Shown in pieces: positions 52,318 to 63,698 of a stretch of 64,000 bases of DNA. How positions within the stretch are numbered: the first letter of the stretch is position 1; every line of letters begins with the position of its first letter. The notes under the pieces are model-generated. The model searched no databases. It had not been told where the DNA came from and saw only the letters and a list, made by a program, of their open reading frames with translations. A program made the translations under genes and the position numbers. This DNA is from Candidatus Oxydemutatoraceae bacterium (GTDB lineage: Bacteria; Pseudomonadota; Gammaproteobacteria; Poriferisulfidales; Oxydemutatoraceae): NCBI GenBank assembly GCA_965219575.1, contig OZ244779.1, forward strand, positions 1,900,769 through 1,964,768, in the 5' to 3' direction.

Positions 52318-52845
52318 TTAACTTTGCTCTTTGAGCTCGCGTGTCGCTGCCACGACACGTACTATTTGCACCACAGGTGCTTGAATCGTTCTTAGCAATT
52401 TCTCTATCGGTGCCTTCATAACCGCCATCGTCAAACTCAGTGCTTGTTCGTAAGTCGGCAATTCGGCGAGCTGCTTAAGTTTCGAAATATCGTGTAGCTC
52501 ACCGTCCAGGGAAATTAATTTAACCTCGACATCTTTAATCTCCTTGACAAGGCTATGGATGATGCGCGCCGCAGCGACAGGGTCGTCCATCGAAAAAGCG
52601 ACCATCATAGGCCCGGATAAATGTTCGTTCATGCACGCGAACGGCGTGTCCGCCAATGCGCGTCGGGCAAGACTATTTTTGATAACCCGAATACGTACAC
52701 TCTGTTCGCGCGCCTGCTTGCGCAAATCGGTCATTCGGTTCGCAGCAATGCCGTGATAATCTATGGCCACGGCAGATTTGGCATCTGCGGCTATCGCTGC
52801 AACTTCCTCGACTATTCGTTTCTTGTCTTCGATCTTTAATGCCAT
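52318..52845 (-). CDS. rplJ: 50S ribosomal protein L10
   Basis: MALKIEDK.., [10 protein letters not shown]; gene order. Confidence 0.95.
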   Translation of the reverse strand: MALKIEDKKRIVEEVAAIAADAKSAVAIDYHGIAANRMTDLRKQAREQSVRIRVIKNSLARRALADTPFACMNEHLSGPMMVAFSMDDPVAAARIIHSLVKEIKDVEVKLISLDGELHDISKLKQLAELPTYEQALSLTMAVMKAPIEKLLRTIQAPVVQIVRVVAATRELKEQS

Positions 52846-52852
52846 TTTTGCT

Positions 52853-53548
52853 TCAAATTGATAGACTACTACGGTCTATGGTTAAACCCGGTCCCATCGT
52901 CGAAGAGACACTGACTTTCTTCAGATATTGACCTTTAGCGGAAGCCGGTTTTGCCTTAATCACATCACCCAATAATGTATTGAAATTCTCCTCCAGTTGC
53001 CGTGCCGAAAAGGTTCGGCTCCCTATACTACAGTGCAATATACCCGCTTTATCGACACGATATTTGGCTCGCCCCGATTTTATACTGCGCACCGTCTCGG
53101 CAACATCCTTGCTTACCGTACCGTCTTTGGGGTTCGGCATCAAACCACGAGGCCCTAATATCTGACCGATGCTGCCGACCACCGGCATGACATCGGGAGA
53201 GGCAACAACCGCGTCATAATCAAAATCGCCTTGCTTTGCCTTCTCTACCAAATCTTGCAAGCCGACTACATCGGCACCCGCAGCTTCGGCTACCGCAACC
53301 TGCTCGCCTTGGGTAAAAACCGCAACTTTCACCTGCTTGCCCAGACCGTGCGGTAACGCGGTTGAACCGCGAACCAGCTGATCGTTCTTGCGTGGATCGA
53401 TACCCAGTCTAATACTCACATCTATGGACTCGTCGAATTTAACGCTCGAACACTCTTTCAATAGATCGAAGGCTTCGGTTAGCGAATACGACTCTTGCTT
53501 TTCGCACTTCTCTTTTATCGCCTTCATTCTTTTCGATAATTTAGCCAT
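52853..53548 (-). CDS. rplA: 50S ribosomal protein L1
   Basis: KFDES, LGPRGLMPNPK, STMGPG. Confidence 0.97.
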   Translation of the reverse strand: MAKLSKRMKAIKEKCEKQESYSLTEAFDLLKECSSVKFDESIDVSIRLGIDPRKNDQLVRGSTALPHGLGKQVKVAVFTQGEQVAVAEAAGADVVGLQDLVEKAKQGDFDYDAVVASPDVMPVVGSIGQILGPRGLMPNPKDGTVSKDVAETVRSIKSGRAKYRVDKAGILHCSIGSRTFSARQLEENFNTLLGDVIKAKPASAKGQYLKKVSVSSTMGPGLTIDRSSLSI

Positions 53549-53550
53549 AT

Positions 53551-53982
53551 CTATATTTCCTCAACCGTGATGCCCATACTACGCGCACTGCCGGCGATGG
53601 TTCTAACCGCCGCATCCATCTCCGCCGCAGTCAGGTCGGCTTGCTTGGTCTTGACTATTTCCTCTATTTGCGCACGAGTAACCTTGCCTACCTTATCCAT
53701 ATTGGGGGTGCCGCTCCCTTTACCGATACCGGCGGCTTTTTTCAGCAATACCGCTGCCGGCGGCGATTTAATAATGAAACTAAAACTACGGTTATCGTAG
53801 ACCGTAATCACTACCGGCACCGGCATCCCCTTCTCGAAGTCTCCGGTACGGCTGTTGAATTCCTTACAAAAGTCTTGTATCGCTAAGCCGTGCTGACCCA
53901 AAGCCGGGCCTACCGGCGGGCTCGGGTTAGCCTCGCCTGCTGGTATTTGCAACTTTATATAAGTTTTTACTTCTGCTGCCAT
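53551..53982 (-). CDS. rplK: 50S ribosomal protein L11
   Basis: [22 protein letters not shown]. Confidence 0.97.
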   Translation of the reverse strand: MAAEVKTYIKLQIPAGEANPSPPVGPALGQHGLAIQDFCKEFNSRTGDFEKGMPVPVVITVYDNRSFSFIIKSPPAAVLLKKAAGIGKGSGTPNMDKVGKVTRAQIEEIVKTKQADLTAAEMDAAVRTIAGSARSMGITVEEI

Positions 53983-53993
53983 ACTCTATGCCG

Positions 53994-54530
53994 CTATATC
54001 TTCTCAACCTGATTAAAGGTGATCTCCACCGGAGTGGAACGACCGAAAATCTGCACACTCACCTGCAGTCTATTTTTCTCGTAATCCACCTCTTCGACAA
54101 CACCGTTAAAATCGTTAAAAGGTCCTCCGGTCACACGTATCACTTCGCCAACCTCGTACAATATCTTGGGTTTAGGCTTGCTCGCATCTTCTTTTATACG
54201 GCTGATGATGCTTTCAACTTCCTTTTGCGGCACCGGTGTGGGCTTGCTGGGTGAACTACCGATAAAACCCACAACTCTAGGAACGCCGTTGACCAGGTGC
54301 CAAGTGCGCTCGTCCATAACCATCTCTATTAACACATAGCCGGGAAAAAATTTACGCTCCACCTGATGCTTTTTTCCTGCCCGCATCTCAACCACAGTCT
54401 CTTGAGGTATCATGATTTCACCGAAACGATCTTCCAGCTTGTTTCGCTGCACTCTTTCTTCCAAAGATTTCTTCACCGAACCCTCGTATCCGGAATAGGT
54501 TTGCACTGCGTACCACTCCATTCTATTCAT
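53994..54530 (-). CDS. nusG: Transcription factor NusG
   Basis: WYAVQTYSGYE, FFPGYV, GPFNDF, IFGRSTPVE. Confidence 0.97.
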   Translation of the reverse strand: MNRMEWYAVQTYSGYEGSVKKSLEERVQRNKLEDRFGEIMIPQETVVEMRAGKKHQVERKFFPGYVLIEMVMDERTWHLVNGVPRVVGFIGSSPSKPTPVPQKEVESIISRIKEDASKPKPKILYEVGEVIRVTGGPFNDFNGVVEEVDYEKNRLQVSVQIFGRSTPVEITFNQVEKI

Positions 54531-54886
54531 TTAATAATGATTTGCATGAACCAAGCTAAAAACAAATCCAGTGCCCACAAAAAAAGTGCCACTATTAAAA
54601 CCATGACAAAAATCAGCAAGGTCGTCTGAAGGGTCTCGGCTTTCGTCGGCCATACCGTCTTTTGCAATTCAACCTGTGCACCCTGCAAAAAGATCGCAGT
54701 ACTTTTACCCGGTTTGGTCAAAAAGAATAATACGGCAGCAACCACGACCATCGCAAGTATAGCAAGCACGCGATACAGCAATATCTCGTCCGATAAATAA
54801 TAAAATAGAGCAAGCCCCGACGCTAAGGACAGAAACACACCTGCCAATTTAATGCGATCCATCAATAAATCATTGGTATTTGCCAT
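54527..54886 (-). CDS. secE: Preprotein translocase SecE
   Basis: Three TMs, ELQKTVWPT; ATG at 54886 because the longer track ORF overlaps tRNA-Trp. Confidence 0.92.
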   Translation of the reverse strand: MANTNDLLMDRIKLAGVFLSLASGLALFYYLSDEILLYRVLAILAMVVVAAVLFFLTKPGKSTAIFLQGAQVELQKTVWPTKAETLQTTLLIFVMVLIVALFLWALDLFLAWFMQIIIK

Positions 54887-54922
54887 CGGATAACCTCGCT
54901 TAATTAGGCCGCCAAAGTCCGG

Positions 54923-54995
<73 letters not shown>

Positions 54996-55052
54996 ATCAT
55001 GACCCCATAAACTATACATCATAGAAACGCTGCAATTCGTTCAGCTAACAGT

Positions 55053-56246
55053 TTATTCTATGATTTTAGCTACTACGCCTGCGCCTACCGTGCGACCTCC
55101 TTCCCTGATCGCAAAACGCAGACCTTCTTCCATCGCAATCGGTCCTATTAAACTCACCGTCATCTTCACATTGTCCCCCGGCATCACCATCTCTACACCC
55201 GACTCCAACTCTACCGCACCGGTCACATCGGTCGTCCTAAAATAAAACTGCGGTCGGTAGCCTTTGAAAAACGGCGTGTGTCGACCGCCTTCCTCTTTCG
55301 ACAATATATACACCTCGGCCTCGAACTTCTTGTGCGGGGTGATCGAACCCGGCTTGCACAATACCTGACCTCGCTCTACCTCCTCTCGCTTCGTCCCCCG
55401 CAACAACACCCCGACATTGTCTCCGGCACGACCTTCGTCCAACAACTTCCTGAACATCTCTACTCCCGTACAGGTCGTCTTGTTCGTCTCTCTTATCCCG
55501 ACAATCTCTATCTCGTCTCCTACCTTCACGATGCCTCGCTCTATACGACCAGTCACCACCGTCCCCCGTCCCGATATCGAAAATACATCTTCCACCGGCA
55601 TCAGATAGTCTCCGTCTATCGCTCGCTCCGGCTCCGGGATATACTTGTCCATCTCGGTTATCAACTGCTCTACCGACGACACCCCCATCTCCGAACCGTC
55701 TCCTTCCAACGCCTTCAGTGCCGAACCCGCCACAATCGGTATGTCGTCTCCCGGAAACTCGTAGTTCGACAATAACTCGCGCACTTCCATCTCTACCAAC
55801 TCCATCAACTCCTTGTCGTCCACCATGTCGGCTTTGTTCAAATATACGACGATATGCGGCACACCCACTTGCCGTGCCAACAAAATATGCTCTCGCGTCT
55901 GGGGCATCGGACCGTCCGCCGCACTCACCACCAATATCGCCCCGTCCATCTGTGCCGCGCCGGTTATCATGTTCTTGATATAGTCGGCGTGTCCCGGACA
56001 ATCTACATGCGCATAGTGTCTCGCTTGCGACTCATACTCCACATGCGCCGTCGCGATCGTGATCCCTCGCTCTCGTTCCTCCGGCGCATTGTCTATCTGC
56101 TCATACGAGCGATACTCGCCGGCACCCTGATTATCCGACATCACCTTGGTCATCGCCGCCGTCAGTGTCGTCTTGCCGTGATCCACATGTCCTATGGTTC
56201 CTACATTGACATGCGGTTTCGTTCTTTCAAATTTTTCTTTAGACAT
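55053..56246 (-). CDS. tuf: Elongation factor Tu
   Basis: [26 protein letters not shown]. Confidence 0.99.
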   Translation of the reverse strand: MSKEKFERTKPHVNVGTIGHVDHGKTTLTAAMTKVMSDNQGAGEYRSYEQIDNAPEERERGITIATAHVEYESQARHYAHVDCPGHADYIKNMITGAAQMDGAILVVSAADGPMPQTREHILLARQVGVPHIVVYLNKADMVDDKELMELVEMEVRELLSNYEFPGDDIPIVAGSALKALEGDGSEMGVSSVEQLITEMDKYIPEPERAIDGDYLMPVEDVFSISGRGTVVTGRIERGIVKVGDEIEIVGIRETNKTTCTGVEMFRKLLDEGRAGDNVGVLLRGTKREEVERGQVLCKPGSITPHKKFEAEVYILSKEEGGRHTPFFKGYRPQFYFRTTDVTGAVELESGVEMVMPGDNVKMTVSLIGPIAMEEGLRFAIREGGRTVGAGVVAKIIE

Positions 56247-56272
56247 AATTTATTCCTAAATTGGGTTATTGA

Positions 56273-56347
<75 letters not shown>

Positions 56348-56375
56348 GAGCAAACAGGGGTCGCAACATATCCGG

Positions 56376-56446
<71 letters not shown>

Positions 56447-56513
56447 CATTGTAACTACAACTAAAGATCCCAAAACACTGCTCCCTATCGTCGCTTCCGC
56501 TGCCGGCCATCAC

Positions 56514-56595
56514 TGGAGGGGGTAGGATTTGAACCTACGAAGGCATAGCCAGCAGATTTACAGTCTGCCCCCGTTGACCGCTTGGGTACCCCTCC
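56514..56595 (-). tRNA. tRNA-Tyr(GTA)
   Basis: GGAGGGGTACCCAAGCGG..CTGTAAA..long variable arm..GGTTCAAATCC..CCCCTCC-A; followed by GTG. Confidence 0.95.
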
Positions 56596-56614
56596 ACAAT
56601 CTAGTGGATTGCGG

Positions 56615-56643
56615 ATTATCCCAAAAAATCAAGCGATTTGCAA
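56615..56643 (-). promoter_or_regulatory. Sigma70 promoter of the tRNA-tuf operon
   Basis: TTGCAA-N17-GATAAT on the - strand followed by a CCGC discriminator. Confidence 0.65.
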
Positions 56644-56709
56644 GTATAACATATTTTTGGCATACATGCTAGAATATTCTACCTTATAAATTAAAGGAGG
56701 GTTATAACG

Positions 56710-57684
56710 ATGAACGATACAAAACCACTTAAAGTAGCGATTACCGGCGCAGCCGGCAATATCGGTTATGCGCTTGCTTTTAGAATTGCAAGCGGCGCAA
56801 TGCTGGGTTCGCACCCCGTTGTGCTACATCTGATTGAAATCAGACAAGCCGAGAAACAACTCGACGGCGTGCTGATGGAATTAGAGGACTGCGCTTTTCC
56901 TTTGCTCGATGCCTGCATCGGCACGAGCGACACAGAAGCAGGTATGGAAGATGTGGATATCGCTATCTTGGTCGGATCCAAACCTCGGAGGGCGGGCATG
57001 GAGCGCAAAGACTTACTGAAAGATAACGGCGAAATTTTCAAACGCCAAGGGCAGATAATAAATGCAGTGGCATCCAGAGAAGTCAAAGTGCTTGTCGTCG
57101 GCAATCCGGCGAATACCAACGCATTGATTGCATATCGAAACGCACCCGATCTAAACCCCGACCAATTTAGTTGCATGACCCGCTTGGACCACAACCGAGC
57201 ATTGACGATGATTGCCAAGAAATATAACAAAGCCGTCGGGCAGATAAAGAAAATGATCATTTGGGGGAATCACTCGGCAACACAATTTCCCGATCCACTG
57301 CACTGCGAAATAGACGCAAAAGCCCTACAGCCGGATCACGACTGGGTGGAACAAGAATTTGTTCCTGCGGTGCAGCAACGTGGTGCAGAAGTCATAGAGG
57401 CACGCGGCGCATCGTCGGCAGGCTCTGCGGCAAACGCAATCGTCGATCATCTACGCGATTGGACCTTTGCTACCGCCGAAAACGATTGGGTCAGCATGGG
57501 GGTCGTCTCCGACGGTCATTACGGCATAGAACCCGGCATCGTCTATTCCTTCCCGGTTATTACGAAGAACGGACAATGGCGTATCGTGCCCGACCTGACG
57601 GTCAACGACTTTGAGACTAAAATGATGTTAGAGACCGAAAAAGAGTTGCACGAAGAACGTTCGGCTGTTGAACACTTACTCTAA
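56710..57684 (+). CDS. mdh: Malate dehydrogenase
   Basis: [38 protein letters not shown]. Confidence 0.96.
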   Translation: MNDTKPLKVAITGAAGNIGYALAFRIASGAMLGSHPVVLHLIEIRQAEKQLDGVLMELEDCAFPLLDACIGTSDTEAGMEDVDIAILVGSKPRRAGMERKDLLKDNGEIFKRQGQIINAVASREVKVLVVGNPANTNALIAYRNAPDLNPDQFSCMTRLDHNRALTMIAKKYNKAVGQIKKMIIWGNHSATQFPDPLHCEIDAKALQPDHDWVEQEFVPAVQQRGAEVIEARGASSAGSAANAIVDHLRDWTFATAENDWVSMGVVSDGHYGIEPGIVYSFPVITKNGQWRIVPDLTVNDFETKMMLETEKELHEERSAVEHLL

Positions 57685-57732
57685 GTTACTTGAGTTTCTA
57701 GGGGATTTGTTATATTGTTGCGATTTACTCCA

Positions 57733-57759
57733 AGGGGTGGAGCCGGTAGCCCCACCCCT
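57733..57759. terminator. Hairpin between convergent mdh and porin genes
   Basis: AGGGGTGG-N11-CCACCCCT. Confidence 0.55.
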
Positions 57760-57766
57760 GTATACA

Positions 57767-58597
57767 TTACCAGCTACTCGATACCGAAAAAACAACTGCC
57801 TCGCAAGCGTCGTCGCATCCGTCTAAATCGGACGCATCTTGCCACGATAAATCAAATGTAAATTTATCGATAGACTTGGATACCCCGACCGCATAATATG
57901 TGTAATCAAAACCGTCGGGCGAGGTTTTATCGCCGTCCACATCTTGATAACCGACTTGAACATAAGGATCTACCATATCGGGAATACTGAAGCCGAGTCC
58001 ACCATGTACCCAAACCCCGGTATCATCTTCGCCATAAAAATCCGGCGAATAGGCGATGCCTATGTCCGCAGACGGTTGATAGTCGGTATCCCAAGTGTAG
58101 CTCAACGAACCATAAAACTCTAAAAAGTCATAGTCATTACCTGCATCCTCATTCTGGTCGGGATAAATATAGTATAAAGCACCGACATCCCAGCCTAAGC
58201 CGTTTTGGAACTCACCGGATATACCGCCGTAGACATCAATTTCTAATGACCCAAAATCCGGATTGGTATCAATAACCGCAGTTTGACCAGCAGGAACCGG
58301 CATTGGTATTGGTACTTCGGTTTCGGCTCCTGATTGGAACTCCAGACTGGAAGCCCATACGCCCAAATAGAAGCCCGATTCGTGCGAATAATCAAATCCG
58401 CCCTGCAATGCCGGATCCTCGTTGGTTTGAGAAATCCCACGGTAGACATAGTCGGATGTGAGTGTCACATTCGCGCTGAAACTGTGGGGTGAATGTCCAT
58501 CCGCAAAAGCGGAAGGAACATAGGTAGTAAATAATAGGAATAATAAGCCTCCGATAGAAGCCTTATAAGCCCTACTGAAAATATATAGATATTTCAT
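57767..58597 (-). CDS. TorF-family putative outer-membrane porin
   Basis: SDYVYRGISQT, PALQGGFDY, GFYLGVWAS, EIDVYGG, terminal Trp. Confidence 0.85.
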   Translation of the reverse strand: MKYLYIFSRAYKASIGGLLFLLFTTYVPSAFADGHSPHSFSANVTLTSDYVYRGISQTNEDPALQGGFDYSHESGFYLGVWASSLEFQSGAETEVPIPMPVPAGQTAVIDTNPDFGSLEIDVYGGISGEFQNGLGWDVGALYYIYPDQNEDAGNDYDFLEFYGSLSYTWDTDYQPSADIGIAYSPDFYGEDDTGVWVHGGLGFSIPDMVDPYVQVGYQDVDGDKTSPDGFDYTYYAVGVSKSIDKFTFDLSWQDASDLDGCDDACEAVVFSVSSSW

Positions 58598-58635
58598 TTT
58601 AATAACCTCACTATGAGTTGATCTTAATAACGAAT

Positions 58636-58654
58636 GATAATTAGAATAATTATC
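58636..58654. promoter_or_regulatory. Fur-box-like palindrome upstream of the porin gene
   Basis: GATAATTAGAATAATTATC, 16/19 match to GATAATGATAATCATTATC. Confidence 0.65.
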
Positions 58655-58719
58655 GTTATGATTATTATATTAAATCACTGCTGATAAGTCAATGAATGGC
58701 TTATAAAAATCACAAATGC

Positions 58720-59065
58720 GGGGGCGCAAGCGATTGAGATCGCGTGCAAGTACGACACCAGTTCATTCCTCCCCTGTGGAGAGAAATGGGGCTGTTGAAA
58801 AAGTCCGGACATCGCAAAAATCTGACCGCTGTGCGCCACATAATTATCCAAACCACCTGTGGGGGCAGACCTGTCTGCCCTTAAGTGCCGTTCTGCACAG
58901 CCGTAATCGCTTGCACCATTTGGTTTTAGTGTCCATAAATCGGGTGGATGAATGTATAAATCGTGCCGACCAACGCGTTACGGGCAGAACAGAGCCGCCG
59001 ATTGAGCTAGTAGGTCAATCGGCAATTTAATTTTAGTCCGCCCCTACACGCTCAATCGGCGGTTG
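58720..59065. repeat. Composite repeat locus F: MITE-like arm, core and hairpin-filled GTAG element
   Basis: GGGGCTGTTGAAAAAGT; core is the reverse complement of the locus A core; GCCGATTGAGCTAGTAGGTCAATCGGC. Confidence 0.88.
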
Positions 59066-59139
59066 CCCTTGTGTTTTTCCCTTATTATTGATATGCTTTA
59101 CATCAAATTTTGATAAACCTAAAGACAAAAGAAAATCTT

Positions 59140-59445
59140 ATGAAATTATTTATTAGCACATTACTATTAGCACTTACGATAGCCTTGTCCGCTTGTGTCA
59201 GCGAGGAAGGTGCACGCAAACACGCTGCGAAAGGTCATGCGGTTGCCTCAAAAGTCGGCATGATGTCGGGAATGATGTGGAGAGCGGTTGTCTACAACAC
59301 AAATGCAGAAGAGCAGATGGAGTTGGGACATTTTGAATCGCGTGACGGATGCCACGAAGCAGTGCAAGCACACATGACCGGACACGAGCAACCTAAGGAA
59401 GGACATCTTGCCTCGGCTTGCGTGGTCGTAAAGGCCGATAACTAA
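59140..59445 (+). CDS. Small His/Met-rich hypothetical lipoprotein
   Basis: MKLFISTLLLALTIALSA-C lipobox; no family recognised. Confidence 0.7.
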   Translation: MKLFISTLLLALTIALSACVSEEGARKHAAKGHAVASKVGMMSGMMWRAVVYNTNAEEQMELGHFESRDGCHEAVQAHMTGHEQPKEGHLASACVVVKADN

Positions 59446-59481
59446 AAGCTCTAATTATTTTACAACTTGAACACAAGCGAG

Positions 59482-60363
59482 TTACGCTTTATACGCCTGC
59501 TCGCTTACGATTTTAGCCATTGCCGACGAGTCAAGGTCGGCATCGCCGCGTTCTACCACCGACTGCAGACAAGCGTACGCCCGCTTGAGACCTTCTAAAT
59601 CTATGCCTTTGCCGTCTGCCGATTGGCAAGCAATTCTCAAGTCTTTACAATGCAAACCTGCCTTAAACCCCGGTTTATAATCGTCGGCAAGCATGCGTTG
59701 ACCATGTACCTCGAGTATTTTGCTGTTCGCAAAACCACCCAGCAGTGCTTTGCGCACTTGTCCGGCATCCACCCCGGCCGCTTTAGCAAACTCTATCGCC
59801 TCGGCGGTTGCCATGATGGTTTGTGCCACCAATAACTGGTTGCACGCCTTGGCAACTTGCCCGGCCCCGTGTTCACCGATACGGACGATATTGTGTCCGA
59901 TGATTTGAAACACCGGTAAGACCCGATTGAAGACTGCTTCCTTGCCGCCGACCATGATCGACAACTTACCTTCTATCGCACCCTGCTCCCCACCCGAGAC
60001 GGGCGCATCCAACATCTCAATGCCCTGCGCCGAGAGCACACTTGCAATCTCCCGCGTAACTTCGGGAGAGATGGTACTCATATCAACGATGACATCGCCG
60101 CGTGTCGCACCGTCGGCCAAACCGTGCTTGCCTAATATCACTTGTTCTACATCGGGTGTGTCCGACACCATAGAAAAACAAAGGCTCGCCTCGGTAGCCG
60201 CACTCGCCGGTGTATCGCATAAAATAGCACCCTGTTCTATTAAAGGTTTGGCAACTTCGGGGCGGCGTGCGAAAATGGACACCGAATATCCGGCGGACAG
60301 CAATCTCCGCACTAGAGGCTGTCCCATAATGCCGATACCGACAAAAGCAATTTTTTCGGACAT
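59482..60363 (-). CDS. Beta-hydroxyacid dehydrogenase (2-hydroxy-3-oxopropionate reductase-like)
   Basis: GIGIMG, DMSTISP, LDAPVSGG, KACNQ, PGFK..KDL. Confidence 0.88.
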   Translation of the reverse strand: MSEKIAFVGIGIMGQPLVRRLLSAGYSVSIFARRPEVAKPLIEQGAILCDTPASAATEASLCFSMVSDTPDVEQVILGKHGLADGATRGDVIVDMSTISPEVTREIASVLSAQGIEMLDAPVSGGEQGAIEGKLSIMVGGKEAVFNRVLPVFQIIGHNIVRIGEHGAGQVAKACNQLLVAQTIMATAEAIEFAKAAGVDAGQVRKALLGGFANSKILEVHGQRMLADDYKPGFKAGLHCKDLRIACQSADGKGIDLEGLKRAYACLQSVVERGDADLDSSAMAKIVSEQAYKA

Positions 60364-60397
60364 TTCTTAAATATGTAAATCTTTTATTGATTGTGAG

Positions 60398-61423
60398 ATG
60401 AAAACTTATTTTAACCAATTAGGCGGATTATTAGAAAAAAATTTAGGTTGTTTTTATTTAATCTCCGGCGAGGAACCGCTACAACTGATGGAAGCCGGCG
60501 ATCTCATCAGGTCGGCAGCAAAAAAACACGCCTACGAACAACGGCATCTATTTTTCGTAGACAGCGGTTTTGATTGGCAAAGCGTGGCACAACAAGCCGA
60601 CAATCTCTCGTTGTTTTCACAACGGCGTGTTATAGACATTCGCCTCGGCGGTTCTAAATTGACCGGCAAAGGAAACGATTTTTTCAAGCGTGTGCTTGAA
60701 ACACCCCCGCCGGATGTGCTGTTTATAGTGCAGGCATCCAAAGTAGACGGGCGTTCGGCTTGGGTAAAACGGGTTAACGAAAAAGCCGTATGGATACAAG
60801 TTTATTCCAAGAACTATAGCGAAACTAAAAGCTGGTTGGTAGAGAGGATGCTACGCAATAATCTCAATGCCGAAGACGGTGTCGTCGATATTATTGCGCA
60901 ACGATCGGAAGGCAATTTGCTATCGGCAGCCCAAGAAATAGAAAAGCTGAAGCTGAATTACGAAAACCAAACGATTAGTCTGCAACAAGCCGAGCAAGTC
61001 ATCGGCGACAGCGCGCACTACAGTGTCTACGAACTTGCCGACGCCGCAGTATGCGGCGATGCCGAACGTGCATTGAGAATTCTCAATAGTCTGCAAAGCG
61101 AAGCGGCACCCGAACAGTTAATTTTGTGGTCGTTGGCGAACACTATACGCACCTTGATTAAAATGGAATATCGCATCGCTACGGGTGAATCTCCGCCGGT
61201 GGTTATCAATACCGTGTGGAAAAGCAAGCAAGCAACATTCCGCAAGGCACTGCAACGGAAATTAAAAAGTCGCTGGTTAGCGATGCTATACGCCTGCTAC
61301 GATGCAGATCTGGCGATTAAAGGACAATCTTTGGAAGATAGTCGACAACAATTACACCGCTTGGTATTGACTATTTGTGGGGTGCCCGTATTGGAGGAAA
61401 AACCAAATAGCCGTATACTATGA
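60398..61423 (+). CDS. holA: DNA polymerase III delta subunit
   Basis: [28 protein letters not shown]. Confidence 0.9.
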   Translation: MKTYFNQLGGLLEKNLGCFYLISGEEPLQLMEAGDLIRSAAKKHAYEQRHLFFVDSGFDWQSVAQQADNLSLFSQRRVIDIRLGGSKLTGKGNDFFKRVLETPPPDVLFIVQASKVDGRSAWVKRVNEKAVWIQVYSKNYSETKSWLVERMLRNNLNAEDGVVDIIAQRSEGNLLSAAQEIEKLKLNYENQTISLQQAEQVIGDSAHYSVYELADAAVCGDAERALRILNSLQSEAAPEQLILWSLANTIRTLIKMEYRIATGESPPVVINTVWKSKQATFRKALQRKLKSRWLAMLYACYDADLAIKGQSLEDSRQQLHRLVLTICGVPVLEEKPNSRIL

Positions 61424-61430
61424 GGGTCTT

Positions 61431-62702
61431 ATGAACGACCCACTATCTAAAAACACCGATTCTATTGCCGAGATCGGCAAACGCGTTAAAGCAAGCGCAC
61501 CGTTCATTGCGAATGCCGATACTCGGACAAAAAACCGAGTGCTTTCGGCAACCGCAGAAATTATAATCTCAAAACGCAACACCTTGATTGCGGAAAACAG
61601 CAAGGATTTGGAAGCTGCACGCGAACGCAAAATCGGTGCCGCATTGATTGACCGTTTGGAACTCAACGCTGTGCGCATCGAGGCCATGGTGGAAGGCTTG
61701 AATCAGATAGCGGGCTTGGACGATCCGGTCGGTGAGATCTCGGATTTATGCACCCGTCCCTCGGGCATACGCGTAGGACGCATGCGGGTGCCTCTGGGTG
61801 TCATCGGTATCATTTACGAGTCGCGACCGAATGTAACGATAGACGCCGCAGCACTGTGTATTAAATCCGGCAACGCCGCCCTATTGCGCGGCGGTTCCGA
61901 AGCGATACACTCTAATATCGCCATTGCACAGTGTCTATCCGAAGGCTTACAACAAGCCGGGCTTCCGGTAGACTGCGTGCAACTGATTCAAACACCGGGG
62001 CGCGCAACGGTCGGCGAAATGCTAAAGCTCGGTGATTGCTTAGACCTCATCATCCCGCGCGGCGGCAAAGCACTGATTGAGCATATTTGCCGGAACTCGT
62101 CTATTCCGATTATCAAACATCTGCACGGGGTCTGCCATGTTTATGTCGACGACGGTGCCGATTTAGAACAAGCACTCGCTATTGCGGTGAATGCCAAAAC
62201 GCAACGATTCGGTGTCTGCAATGCGATGGAAACCCTACTCGTTGCACAATCGGTAGCCGAGGCTTTTTTACCGCGCTACGCACGCGAGATGGAAACACAC
62301 CGAGTTGAAATGCGGGGATGTGAACAAAGTTGTGCCATTCTACCCGACATAAAGCGCGCCGATGAAGCGGATTGGGGCGAGGAATATCTGGCACCGATAC
62401 TTGCAGTTAAAGTCGTCTCGGATATGGACGCGGCGATCGCACATATCAAACAATACGGTTCTCATCACACCGATGCTATCGTCAGCCGCGATTACACCCG
62501 CACGATGCGCTTTCTTCGTGAAGTCGATTCGAGTTCGGTGATGGTCAACGCCTCCACCCGCTTTGCCGACGGTTATGAATACGGACTGGGTGCCGAAATC
62601 GGCATCAGCACCGATCGCCTGCATGTACGCGGACCGGTCGGGCTACACGGATTGACGATACAAAAATATATCGTATTCGGGAACGGTCATATACGTGAAT
62701 GA
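61431..62702 (+). CDS. proA: Gamma-glutamyl phosphate reductase
   Basis: [42 protein letters not shown]. Confidence 0.96.
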   Translation: MNDPLSKNTDSIAEIGKRVKASAPFIANADTRTKNRVLSATAEIIISKRNTLIAENSKDLEAARERKIGAALIDRLELNAVRIEAMVEGLNQIAGLDDPVGEISDLCTRPSGIRVGRMRVPLGVIGIIYESRPNVTIDAAALCIKSGNAALLRGGSEAIHSNIAIAQCLSEGLQQAGLPVDCVQLIQTPGRATVGEMLKLGDCLDLIIPRGGKALIEHICRNSSIPIIKHLHGVCHVYVDDGADLEQALAIAVNAKTQRFGVCNAMETLLVAQSVAEAFLPRYAREMETHRVEMRGCEQSCAILPDIKRADEADWGEEYLAPILAVKVVSDMDAAIAHIKQYGSHHTDAIVSRDYTRTMRFLREVDSSSVMVNASTRFADGYEYGLGAEIGISTDRLHVRGPVGLHGLTIQKYIVFGNGHIRE

Positions 62703-63342
62703 GCAAACTCGCATTACGGCAATCTACGGCGGTGCTTTCGACCCCGTTCATTTGGGACACATTAAAATCGCGTTGCACATCCTCGCCCAACCCGAAATCT
62801 CCCAGCTTCGTCTACTACCATGCTATCTGCATCCGGATAAAAACGAACCCTATGCAACCTCGACACATCGCTACAATATGTTAAAACTCATCGCCAAAGA
62901 TTCCTTAACCGTAGATCATTGCGAGCTGGATCGTCAAGGCGTTTCTTACACCATCGATACGGTAAAACATTTGCGCAGAACATTGACGGCCGAGATACCG
63001 CTGGCATTGGTACTCGGGCTGGACACTTATGCGACGATCGACAGCTGGCAAAGTGCCGAGCAATTGCCTTCGTTGCTACATTTGATAGTCGTCGCCCGTC
63101 CTAAAGCGAAGTTCGAGAACAGCAATGGTAATAAAAGTTGGCAGTCGGTTGATACATTACAAGAAATGACACACCACACCGCAGGCACAGTTCACTTCAT
63201 GTCCGAGCCGTTAATAGATATATCCTCGAGCCAAATTAGAACGATGATTGCACAGGGCATACAACCCCGCTATCAATTACCGGGGGTAGTGTGGAGCTAC
63301 ATCAAAAGAAACCGATTGTACGATTACAAAGAGTCGGCATGA
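62695..63342 (+). CDS. nadD: Nicotinate-nucleotide adenylyltransferase
   Basis: [25 protein letters not shown]. Confidence 0.93.
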   Translation: MNEQTRITAIYGGAFDPVHLGHIKIALHILAQPEISQLRLLPCYLHPDKNEPYATSTHRYNMLKLIAKDSLTVDHCELDRQGVSYTIDTVKHLRRTLTAEIPLALVLGLDTYATIDSWQSAEQLPSLLHLIVVARPKAKFENSNGNKSWQSVDTLQEMTHHTAGTVHFMSEPLIDISSSQIRTMIAQGIQPRYQLPGVVWSYIKRNRLYDYKESA

Positions 63343-63698
63343 ACTCCGAAGCACTAAAACAACTCGTGATAACCCAGCTCGAAGCCTTGAAAGCGCAAGA
63401 CATCGTCGCCTTGGATATAAGCAACAAAACAACCGTCGCAGATTTTTTTATCATCGCCGGCGGCACCTCCACACGACACCGCCAAGCAACCGCCGAGCGT
63501 GTTATCGAAGCGAGCAAACTAAACGGTGTCAAAGTGCTGGGTTGCGAGGGTTTTGACACCGCCGATTGGATATTAATAGACTTGGGCGATGTCGTACTAC
63601 ATATAATGAAACAAGCGGCACGCACGCGCTACGATTTGGAGAGTTTGTGGCAAGATACCGACACGCAAGCGCAGGCACCGCATGCCGACACACATTAA
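63339..63698 (+). CDS. rsfS: Ribosome silencing factor
   Basis: LKAQDI, WILIDLGDVVLHIM, YDLESLW. Confidence 0.93.
   Translation: MNSEALKQLVITQLEALKAQDIVALDISNKTTVADFFIIAGGTSTRHRQATAERVIEASKLNGVKVLGCEGFDTADWILIDLGDVVLHIMKQAARTRYDLESLWQDTDTQAQAPHADTH

Noticed and set aside
55237-56001. 254-aa alternative-frame ORF inside tuf
   Set aside because: Shadow ORF resulting from codon bias in a highly conserved gene.
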